This document shows, piece by piece, positions 55,980-64,000 of a stretch of DNA of 64,000 nt. Source of the stretch: Pseudomonas sp. (lineage in GTDB: Bacteria; Pseudomonadota; Gammaproteobacteria; Pseudomonadales; Pseudomonadaceae); assembly GCA_035635035.1 (NCBI GenBank), contig DASQBU010000016.1:9523-73522 (forward strand), written 5' to 3'. Both the position numbers and the translations under genes were made by a program. The notes under the pieces were generated by a model. That model had not been told where the DNA came from. It searched no databases and saw only the letters and a program-made list of their open reading frames with translations. Each line of letters begins with the position of its first letter. Position 1 is the stretch's first letter.

Positions 55980-56933
55980 CTATTGCCGGCCGCGCTCCTG
56001 CAGGAAAGCCAGTGCCTGATACAGCATGCGCACCCGCGGCATCTCGACGCCCACCGCGGCGGCCGCCGCCAGCGGCGCCTCGTACAACGCCGGCAGCTCG
56101 GCCGGCCGGCGCTGGACGAAGTCGTGGTACATGCTCGGCAGGTAGTCGGGCATGCGGTCGGTATAGGCCAGCAGCTTCTGCGGATAGTTGTCCGGCAGGC
56201 TGTAGCCGCAAGCCTGGGTGGCCGCCACCACCTCCTCCATCAGCGCCTGCAGCAGCGCCCGGCTGTCCGGGTTGGCCATCAGCGCCCGGGTGGAGCTGTC
56301 CAGCAGCACCGACAAGCCGTTGTAGGGGATGTTCCACACCAGCTTCTGCCAGCGGGCCTGGTTCAGGTCGGCGATCACGCTCGACTCGATACCCGCCTCG
56401 CGCAGCCAGGCCACGCCCTGCTCGACCAGCGCCTGGCGCTCGGCAGGACTCGCCGGCCCGCTGTGGTAGCCGAGATTGCACACCCCCTGCGCCTGGTGCA
56501 CCACTACCCCCGGCGCCTCGCGATGGGCGCAGATGAAGCACAGGCCGGCGAGCAGGTGCAGCGCCTCGGGCAGCAGCGGGCGCAGCGCGTCCTCCACGCC
56601 CAGACCGTTCTGCAGCAGCACCACCTTGGCGTCCGGCGCCGCGACCCGGGCGATCAGCGGCGCCAGTTCGGCATTGCTGGTGGTCTTCGCGCCGACCAGC
56701 AGCCAGTCGCAGGCCGGCATCTCGGCCGCATCGCGCCAGGCGTTGACCCGCGGCAGGTGCAGCTCGCCGAGCTGGGCATGCCTTACCCGCAGGCCGTCGC
56801 GGGCCACCGCGGCATATTCGCTGCGCAGCAGGAAATGCACCTCGAAACCGGCGCGGGCCAGCAGCAGGCCGTAGTAGCCGCCGATGGCACCGGTGCCGAT
56901 GATGCCGATGCGCGGACGCGCGGATTCGCTCAT
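55980..56933 (-). CDS. Putative 2-dehydropantoate 2-reductase (PanE/ApbA family)
   Basis: GTGAIGG Rossmann motif, LQNGLG, WQKLVWN, PSMYHD. Confidence 0.9.
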   Translation of the reverse strand: MSESARPRIGIIGTGAIGGYYGLLLARAGFEVHFLLRSEYAAVARDGLRVRHAQLGELHLPRVNAWRDAAEMPACDWLLVGAKTTSNAELAPLIARVAAPDAKVVLLQNGLGVEDALRPLLPEALHLLAGLCFICAHREAPGVVVHQAQGVCNLGYHSGPASPAERQALVEQGVAWLREAGIESSVIADLNQARWQKLVWNIPYNGLSVLLDSSTRALMANPDSRALLQALMEEVVAATQACGYSLPDNYPQKLLAYTDRMPDYLPSMYHDFVQRRPAELPALYEAPLAAAAAVGVEMPRVRMLYQALAFLQERGRQ

Positions 56934-57192
56934 GGCAATGCTCCTCAACAAGATGGGCCGCGTACTATCGATGGCCAGCCCCGCCGCCGGCAAGTCGCAC
57001 GCGCGCCAGCCGTGTGCCGCCGCGGCATCCCCCAGCCGCCGAACGGCGCCGCCCGGCCGGAAAAACCTGCAAGTCTTTATTGTGAAGCGGCGGCCTAAAG
57101 CGTTAAGGTTCGGGCATCCCGTTGCCCCATCTTGCTGCGTTCCGCCACGGGCCTAGCTGGCGGACAGTATCCGTGACCCGACGAGTAACACG

Positions 57193-58269
57193 ATGGCTGA
57201 TTTACCGATCGACGACCTTAACATCGCCTCCAACGAGGCGCTGATCACCCCCGAGCAGCTCAAGCAGGAACTCCCCCTCACCGAAACCGCCCGCCACACC
57301 GTGAGCCATGCTCGCCAGGTGGTGCGCGACATTCTCGACGGCAAGGATCATCGCCTGTTCGTGGTGGTCGGCCCCTGCTCGATCCACGACGTCGAGGCGG
57401 CCCACGAGTACGCCCGGCGCCTCAAGCTGCTGGCCGCCGAGGTCTCCGACACCCTGTACCTGATCATGCGCGTGTACTTCGAGAAGCCGCGCACCACCGT
57501 CGGCTGGAAAGGCCTGATCAACGATCCCTACCTCGACGACTCGTTCAAGATCCAGGACGGCCTGCACATCGGCCGCAAGCTGCTCTGCGACCTGGCCGAG
57601 ATGGGCCTGCCGACCGCCACCGAGGCGCTCGACCCGATCTCCCCGCAGTACCTGCAGGACCTGATCAGCTGGTCGGCCATCGGCGCGCGCACCACCGAAT
57701 CGCAGACCCACCGCGAGATGGCCTCCGGCCTGTCCTCCGCGGTCGGCTTCAAGAACGGCACCGACGGCAGCCTGACCGTGGCGATCAACGCCCTGCAGTC
57801 GGTGTCCAGCCCGCACCGCTTCCTCGGCCTCAACCAGCAGGGCCAGGTGTCGATCGTCACCACCAAGGGCAACAGCTACGGCCACGTGGTGCTGCGCGGC
57901 GGCAACGGCAAGCCGAACTACGATTCGGTCAGCGTCGCCCTGTGCGAACAGGAGCTGAGCAAGGCCGGCATCCGCCCGAACATCATGGTCGACTGCAGCC
58001 ATGCCAACTCCAACAAGGACCCGGCCCTGCAGCCGCTGGTGATGGAAAACGTCGCCAACCAGATCCTCGAGGGCAACAACTCGATCATCGGCCTGATGGT
58101 GGAAAGCAACCTCGGTTGGGGCAACCAGTCGATTCCGAAGAACCTCTGCGACCTCAAGTACGGCGTGTCCATCACCGATGCCTGCATCGACTGGGACAGC
58201 ACGGAAAAGACCCTGCACAGCATGCGCGCCAAGCTCAAGGACGTCCTGCCCAAGCGCCAGCGTGGCTGA
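57193..58269 (+). CDS. 3-deoxy-7-phosphoheptulonate (DAHP) synthase, class I-alpha
   Basis: GPCSIHD, EKPRTTVGWKG, IGARTTESQ, DCSHANS, SITDAC. Confidence 0.96.
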   Translation: MADLPIDDLNIASNEALITPEQLKQELPLTETARHTVSHARQVVRDILDGKDHRLFVVVGPCSIHDVEAAHEYARRLKLLAAEVSDTLYLIMRVYFEKPRTTVGWKGLINDPYLDDSFKIQDGLHIGRKLLCDLAEMGLPTATEALDPISPQYLQDLISWSAIGARTTESQTHREMASGLSSAVGFKNGTDGSLTVAINALQSVSSPHRFLGLNQQGQVSIVTTKGNSYGHVVLRGGNGKPNYDSVSVALCEQELSKAGIRPNIMVDCSHANSNKDPALQPLVMENVANQILEGNNSIIGLMVESNLGWGNQSIPKNLCDLKYGVSITDACIDWDSTEKTLHSMRAKLKDVLPKRQRG

Positions 58270-58280
58270 AGGCAGACATG

Positions 58281-58309
58281 AAAAAGCCGGGCATCTGCCC
58301 GGCTTTTTT
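58281..58309. terminator. Bidirectional terminator
   Basis: AAAAAGCCGGGCA-tc-TGCCCGGCTTTTTT. Confidence 0.85.
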
Positions 58310-58325
58310 CCTTGCGCCCCGCCAC

Positions 58326-58610
58326 TCACTCGTCGTGCGCGACATTGCGCTGGCGCCGCTCCAGATAGCGCTCCACGTAGGAGCACGAGGGGATGACCGT
58401 ATAGCCCCGGCCCTCGGCGAACTGCAACGCCTGCTCGGTCAACGCCGCGGCCACCCCACGCCCGCGCAGGGCATCGGGCACGAAGGTCCGGTAGATGTCG
58501 ATGGTCTGCTTGCCCAGGTCCATATAGGACAGGTAGGCGCGATAGCCATCCACCGTCACCTCGAACTGCTTGCCTGCCTGATCATGCCGAATGGACAGTG
58601 ACTCGCTCAT
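58326..58610 (-). CDS. Small GNAT acetyltransferase (YjdJ-like)
   Basis: RTFVPDALRGRGVA acetyl-CoA motif, IPSCSYV; 94 aa. Confidence 0.9.
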   Translation of the reverse strand: MSESLSIRHDQAGKQFEVTVDGYRAYLSYMDLGKQTIDIYRTFVPDALRGRGVAAALTEQALQFAEGRGYTVIPSCSYVERYLERRQRNVAHDE

Positions 58611-58999
58611 CACAACTCTCCCCTTGTACTGTGCAACCGCCGTCACGCCAAACCGGCGGTCGACCGAAACTGCCTGCCTGAACACCCGACATTAGCAAAG
58701 CCGGACGGACTCTGCCTCAAGTGTTTGTGCCAGCCCCAGCCCCACCGTTTCGAGACCGCCTCCGCTCGTGGGCATTGGACAAGCGGAGCCCGCTCAAGTG
58801 CCACGCAGGGAAGCCGAAACACGGCGCGTGATTATTTTTTAAACAATTTCAATGTAGTAAATGCGCACGAAGGCAAAAAATTCCGCTTGCCTTGCCTTCG
58901 ACACGTTTACTTACTAGAACTAATGCGTACTATATAACCCAGCCGATTTCCCGTGAGGGAAATTGCATCACGGAAAATCCACCTAAGAAGGGGAACACG

Positions 59000-59251
59000 A
59001 TGAACAACGTTCTGAAAATTTCCGCTCTGACCCTGGCCGCCATCCTGGCTACCGGTTGCAGCAGCATGTCCAAGGAAACCGAAGCTCGTCTGACCGCTAC
59101 CGAAGACGCCGCTGCCCGCGCTCAGGCTCGTGCTGACGAAGCCTACCGCAAGGCCGACGAAGCTCTGGCTGCCGCTCAGAAGGCTCAGCAGACCGCTGAC
59201 GAAGCCAACGAGCGCGCTCTGCGCATGCTGGAAAAAGCCAGCCGCAAGTAA
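59000..59251 (+). CDS. oprI: Major outer-membrane lipoprotein OprI
   Basis: [10 protein letters not shown]...LATGCSS lipobox, [18 protein letters not shown]-terminal ASRK; 83 aa. Confidence 0.98.
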   Translation: MNNVLKISALTLAAILATGCSSMSKETEARLTATEDAAARAQARADEAYRKADEALAAAQKAQQTADEANERALRMLEKASRK

Positions 59252-59277
59252 TAGGTCTCCCGACCTTGCATTTGCAG

Positions 59278-59305
59278 AAGCCGACCCGCAAGGGTCGGCT
59301 TTTTT
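59278..59305 (+). terminator. oprI terminator
   Basis: AAGCCGACCC-gcaa-GGGTCGGCTTTTTT. Confidence 0.85.
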
Positions 59306-59350
59306 GTTGCCCGCCACAAACGCTTGGCCGCCAGCCAAGCGGCAGGCAAT

Positions 59351-59385
59351 AAAAAACCCGCTGCAGCAAACTGCAACGGGTTTTT
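59351..59385 (-). terminator. Terminator of the L,D-transpeptidase gene
   Basis: AAAAAACCCGCTGCAG-caaa-CTGCAACGGGTTTTT. Confidence 0.75.
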
Positions 59386-59406
59386 CCAGCCAGCGACGGT
59401 TCGCCG

Positions 59407-60363
59407 TCAGTGCGCAGCCGCGCTGGCTACTTGCTCTCGCGAATTGGCGATCTCCACCGGCAGGCCGTCTTCGGCAGCGACCACCTCGCGCACCAGGTCC
59501 CAGTCCAGGCGCGCATCATCCTTGAGGTCCTCGCGCTTGAGCAGCGCATTGATCACCTGGGTGTGCTTGTCGACGACCGAAGGCTCGCCGTGATCGTCCA
59601 GCGGCTCGTGCGCCTCCAGATAGATCTTGCCGTCGCGCACGCCGAACTTGTACGGCTCGTTGATGATGCGCACCGGCGTGCCCACCGGCGCGATCTTGGA
59701 CAGTTCCAGGACGTTCTGGTTGAGCATGCGGAAGCAGCCATGGCTGACCCGCATGCCGATGCCGAACTTCTTGTCCGAACCGTGGATCAGGTAGCCCGGG
59801 GTGCCCAGGGTGAACTTGAACGGCCCGAGCGGGTTATCCGGACCGGCCGGCACCACCGCCGGCAGGATATCACCCTCGGCGGCGTGTTCCTTGCGGACCG
59901 AAGCCGGCGGCGTCCAGGTCGGATTCGGGGTCTTCGCCGTGACCGTGGTGGTGGCAATCGGCGACCCCCAGCCCTCGCGGCCGATGCCTAGCGGGTAGGT
60001 GTACACCACGTTCTGGCCCTTGGGGTAGTAGTACATGCGGTACTCGGCCAGGTTGATCACGATGCCCTCGCGCGGTCCCGGCGGCAGGATGAAGCGACTC
60101 GGCAGGATGATGTCGGTACCGGCGCCCGGCAACCAGGGATCGACCCCCGGGTTGGCCGCCACCATCTCGAGGTAGCCGAAGTCGTTGGCGGTGCCGATAT
60201 CGGCAAAGGTGTCTTCGTACTTGGCCTTGATCACCTGCACCTCGCCGACGACATCCTCGCCGGGCGGGGGCAACGGAAACTGCAGCGCGCTGGCCTGTGC
60301 AGCCAGCAGCAGCGCGGCCAGACCGGCCAGCAGGGGGCGAACGGCAACAACACGCGGGAACAT
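59407..60363 (-). CDS. L,D-transpeptidase (ErfK/YbiS/YcfS family)
   Basis: ANPGVDPWLP, PAGPDNPLG, catalytic YLIHG...SHGCFRM; adjacent to oprI. Confidence 0.94.
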   Translation of the reverse strand: MFPRVVAVRPLLAGLAALLLAAQASALQFPLPPPGEDVVGEVQVIKAKYEDTFADIGTANDFGYLEMVAANPGVDPWLPGAGTDIILPSRFILPPGPREGIVINLAEYRMYYYPKGQNVVYTYPLGIGREGWGSPIATTTVTAKTPNPTWTPPASVRKEHAAEGDILPAVVPAGPDNPLGPFKFTLGTPGYLIHGSDKKFGIGMRVSHGCFRMLNQNVLELSKIAPVGTPVRIINEPYKFGVRDGKIYLEAHEPLDDHGEPSVVDKHTQVINALLKREDLKDDARLDWDLVREVVAAEDGLPVEIANSREQVASAAAH

Positions 60364-60428
60364 CGGTAATACCTGAGTAAATTGGACGATCAATTATTGT
60401 ACACCGCCCGCGGCAGGCGGCGCGAGAA

Positions 60429-60710
60429 TCAGCGCACCGGCCAGTCGCGCGGCAGGCCGTGGCGCTCGGCGCGCAGGCGCTGCAGGCAGGCTGAGCACAG
60501 CCGGCGATCCTTGAGCGTGGCCTTGTCCAGCGCCGCCCACAACGGATGCGCCGGCAGCAGGCTGCCGCACAGGGTGTGGTCGCCCGGATCGTCCAGCTCC
60601 AGCTGCCGCGCGACCAGGTGCATGCGCGCCTCCTGGCAGGCGAACAGGTCCAGCTGCTCGTCGGGAACGAGCAGGCGGTAGGCGTACAGGGACCAGGACT
60701 GGCGCGACAT
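60429..60710 (-). CDS. Conserved small hypothetical protein with possible metal ligands
   Basis: 93 aa, RBS-like GGAG, HTLCG...LCSAC; between ldt and tesA. Confidence 0.7.
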   Translation of the reverse strand: MSRQSWSLYAYRLLVPDEQLDLFACQEARMHLVARQLELDDPGDHTLCGSLLPAHPLWAALDKATLKDRRLCSACLQRLRAERHGLPRDWPVR

Positions 60711-60770
60711 CGAGGGCTCCGGGGCGGCGCGGCGCGCAACCTTAGCCGAAAGCCCCGGACGGGGAAAGGG

Positions 60771-61376
60771 TCAGAGCAGCGGTCGCAGCACCGGCCAGAG
60801 ATTTTCCAGCAGGATCGGCTGCGCCTCGGCGGTCGGATGGATGCCGTCGAGCTGCACCAGCCCGCCGACGCCGCCCACCCGGTCGAGGAAGAACGGCACC
60901 AGCGCCACCCGCTCCTGCTGCCCCAGCTCGGCATAGACCCGTTCGAAGGCCTGGCCGTAGCGCGGCCCGTAGTTGGGCGGCAGCTTCATGCCGAGCAGCA
61001 CGACCCGGGCGCCGGCGGCGCGGCTCTGGCCGATCATCGCCGCCAGATTCTGCTGCAGCTGGGCCGGCGGCAGGCCGCGCAGACCGTCGTTGCCGCCCAG
61101 CTCGATCACCACCAGTTGCGGGGCATGGGCGGCGAGCAGCGCGGGCAGGCGGGCCAGCCCACCGGCGCTGGTATCGCCGCTGACCGAGGCGTTGACCACC
61201 CGCCACTGCGGCGCCTCGTGCTGCAGCCGCTCGCCCAGCAGGCTGACCCAGCCCTGGCGGGTTTCCAGGCCGAAAGCGGCGCTGATACTATCGCCGACGA
61301 CCAGCAGGGTCTCCGCCGCCGCGCTCTGGGCCAGCAACAGCAGCCCCAGGCAGGCGCGCAACCACCATGTACGCAT
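60771..61376 (-). CDS. tesA: Arylesterase / lysophospholipase TesA (SGNH)
   Basis: GDSISA, NASVSGDT, ELGGNDGLRG, DGIHP; signal peptide. Confidence 0.95.
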   Translation of the reverse strand: MRTWWLRACLGLLLLAQSAAAETLLVVGDSISAAFGLETRQGWVSLLGERLQHEAPQWRVVNASVSGDTSAGGLARLPALLAAHAPQLVVIELGGNDGLRGLPPAQLQQNLAAMIGQSRAAGARVVLLGMKLPPNYGPRYGQAFERVYAELGQQERVALVPFFLDRVGGVGGLVQLDGIHPTAEAQPILLENLWPVLRPLL

Positions 61377-61386
61377 CGGATTCTCC

Positions 61387-62067
<681 letters not shown>

Positions 62068-62068
62068 G

Positions 62069-64000
62069 ATGCCCAGCCTGCCGCTGTCCCGCCTGCTGCG
62101 CCTCGCCCTGCGCCAGTTGCGCCGCGAGGCCCGCGCCGGCGAGCTGCACGTGCTGTTCTTCGCCCTGCTGGTCGCCGTGGCGGCGAGCACGGCCATCGGC
62201 TACTTCGGCGCCCGCCTCAACGCCGCCATGCTGCTGCGCGCCGGCGAGTTCCTCGCCGCCGACCTGGTGCTGCGCGGCAGCGCCCCGGCGACCGCGGAAC
62301 AGCTCGCCGCCGGCCACCGCCTCGGCCTGGCCCACGCCCGCACGGTGGAGTTCTCCAGCGTGATCGCCAGCGACCAGGGCGTGCAGTTGGCCAGCGTCAA
62401 GGCGGTGGACGCCGCCTACCCGCTGCGCGGCCAGCTCCGGAGCACCGCCCAGCCGCTCGCCGCCGAGCAGACCGGTGGCCGCCCGGCCGCCGGAGAGGCC
62501 TGGGCCGAGCCGCGCCTGCTCGCCGCGCTGGAACTGAAGATCGGCGACACCATCGAGGTCGGCCGCCTGCCGCTGCGCCTGACCCGCGTGCTGACCTACG
62601 AGCCGGACCGCGCCGGCGACTTCTACAGCCTGACTCCGCGGGTGCTGATCAACCTGGCCGACCTCGACGCCACCGGCGTGGTCCAGCCGGGCAGCCGGGT
62701 CGGCTACCGCGAGCTGTGGCGCGGCGAGCCCGCCGCCCTGGCCGCCTACCGCAGCGCCGTCGCGCCGGGGCTGGCCGCCCACCAGCGCCTGCAGGACGCC
62801 CGCGAGGGCAACCGCCAGCTCGGCGGCGCCCTCGACCGCGGCGGGCACTACCTGAGCCTGGCCAGCCTGGCCGCCGTGCTGCTCGCCGGGGTCGCCGTGG
62901 CCCTCTCCGCCGCGCGCTTCGCCAGCCGGCGCCTCGACCTCGGCGCCCTGCTGCGCTGCTTCGGCCTGACCCGGCGCGAGGCACTGCGGCTGTTCGGCCT
63001 GCAACTGCTGGTGCTCGGCCTGCTGGCCAGCCTGGCCGGCGCCCTGCTCGGCTGGCTGGCGCAGTTCGGCCTGTTCCATCTGCTCGCCGGCCTGCTGCCG
63101 GCCGAGGTTCCCGCCGGCGGCCTGCAGCCCGCGCTGGTCGGCATGGCCACCGGCCTGGTGGCGCTGGCCGGCTTCGCCCTGCCGCCGCTGGCCGCGCTGG
63201 GCCGGGTGCCGCCGCTGCGGGTGTTGCGTCGCGACCTGCTGCCACCGCCGCTGGCCAGCTGGGTCGCCTACGCCTGCGCCCTGCTGGCGCTGGCCCTGAT
63301 CATGGCCTGGTTGAGCCTCGACCTGCGCCTGACCCTGGCCCTGCTCGGCGGGGGCCTGCTCGCGGCCGCGCTGCTCGGCGGTCTGTGGCTGCTCGCCCTG
63401 CGCGGCCTGCGCCGCCTGCTGGCCGACGCCGGCCTGGCCTGGCGCCTGGGCCTCGGCCAGCTGCTGCGCCACCCGCTGGCGGCCGCCGGGCAGACGCTGG
63501 CCTTCGGCCTGATCCTGCTGGCCATGGCGCTGGTCCTGCTGCTGCGCGGCGAGCTGCTCGACAACTGGCGCGCCCAGTTGCCCGAACAGGCGCCCAACCA
63601 GTTCGCCCTGAACATCCTGCCGGCCGAGCGCGACGCCTTCGCCGCGCGCATCGCCAGCCTGTCGCCGCAGCCGGCCACCCTCTATCCGGTGGTGCCGGGC
63701 CGGCTGCTGAGCCGCAACGGCGCGCCGGTGCAGCAGCAGGTGCTCAAGGACTCGCGCGGCGAGCGCGCCGTGCAGCGCGACCTCAGCCTGACCTGGTCAG
63801 CCGCGCTGCCGGCGGACAACCGCCTGCTCGCCGGCCAGTGGTGGGATGCCCTGCCGAACGACTACGGCCCGGCCGTGTCGGTCGAGGCCAAGCTGGCGGA
63901 AAGCCTCGGCGTGCAGATCGGCGACCGCCTCGGCTTCAGCATCGCCGGGCAGGACGTGGTGGCGCGGGTGAGCAGCCTGCGCAGCGTCAACTGGGACAAC
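62069..64000 (+). CDS. ybbP: FtsX-like ABC permease (YbbP-like); 3' end runs off the window
   Basis: ATG at 62069: MPSLPLSRLLRLALRQLRREARAGELHVLFFALLVAVAAS..., then AADLVL, YPLRG, APNQFALNI; still open at 64000. Confidence 0.88.
   Translation, partial: MPSLPLSRLLRLALRQLRREARAGELHVLFFALLVAVAASTAIGYFGARLNAAMLLRAGEFLAADLVLRGSAPATAEQLAAGHRLGLAHARTVEFSSVIASDQGVQLASVKAVDAAYPLRGQLRSTAQPLAAEQTGGRPAAGEAWAEPRLLAALELKIGDTIEVGRLPLRLTRVLTYEPDRAGDFYSLTPRVLINLADLDATGVVQPGSRVGYRELWRGEPAALAAYRSAVAPGLAAHQRLQDAREGNRQLGGALDRGGHYLSLASLAAVLLAGVAVALSAARFASRRLDLGALLRCFGLTRREALRLFGLQLLVLGLLASLAGALLGWLAQFGLFHLLAGLLPAEVPAGGLQPALVGMATGLVALAGFALPPLAALGRVPPLRVLRRDLLPPPLASWVAYACALLALALIMAWLSLDLRLTLALLGGGLLAAALLGGLWLLALRGLRRLLADAGLAWRLGLGQLLRHPLAAAGQTLAFGLILLAMALVLLLRGELLDNWRAQLPEQAPNQFALNILPAERDAFAARIASLSPQPATLYPVVPGRLLSRNGAPVQQQVLKDSRGERAVQRDLSLTWSAALPADNRLLAGQWWDALPNDYGPAVSVEAKLAESLGVQIGDRLGFSIAGQDVVARVSSLRSVNWDN

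Noticed and set aside
58611-58999. AT-rich intergenic region upstream of oprI as a possible sRNA or foreign DNA
   Set aside because: Consistent with the promoter/UP region of a very highly expressed gene; no independent terminator or credible ORF, and I could not fix the promoter boxes unambiguously.

Overview
High-GC Pseudomonas-type (Pseudomonadaceae) core chromosome. The gene order is ldcA(partial)-dnaQ-rnhA-methyltransferase-gloB-mltD-Yej/Npp peptide ABC transporter-fabI-ppiD-hupB-lon-clpX-clpP-tig-tRNA Leu/His/Arg-folD-oprF-sigX-cmpX-crfX-cmaX-rraA-estX-ppsA/ppsR-methylcitrate (prp) operon-protease/7TM/ATP-grasp trio-pabB-thrH-cysH-cysB-usp-panE-like-DAHP synthase-GNAT-oprI-L,D-transpeptidase-tesA-ybbA-ybbP(partial). 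The one clearly accessory block is a translationally coupled four-gene operon at 46147-52491, lying between pabB and thrH. It encodes an SMC-type ATPase, a KITE/MksE-like protein, a kleisin/MksF-like protein and a short TOPRIM (JetD/MksG-like) nuclease candidate, in the non-canonical order SMC-KITE-kleisin-TOPRIM. It is a candidate divergent Wadjet/MksBEFG-like anti-plasmid system. Smaller oddities are a decayed tRNA-Asp-like relic after hupB, an EstX esterase lacking its nucleophile Ser, a direct folD-oprF junction, and an enterobacterial-type PrpC in a prp operon without prpD. I saw no CRISPR array, rRNA, integrase or IS. All calls come from motif reading and remembered synteny; no searches were run.
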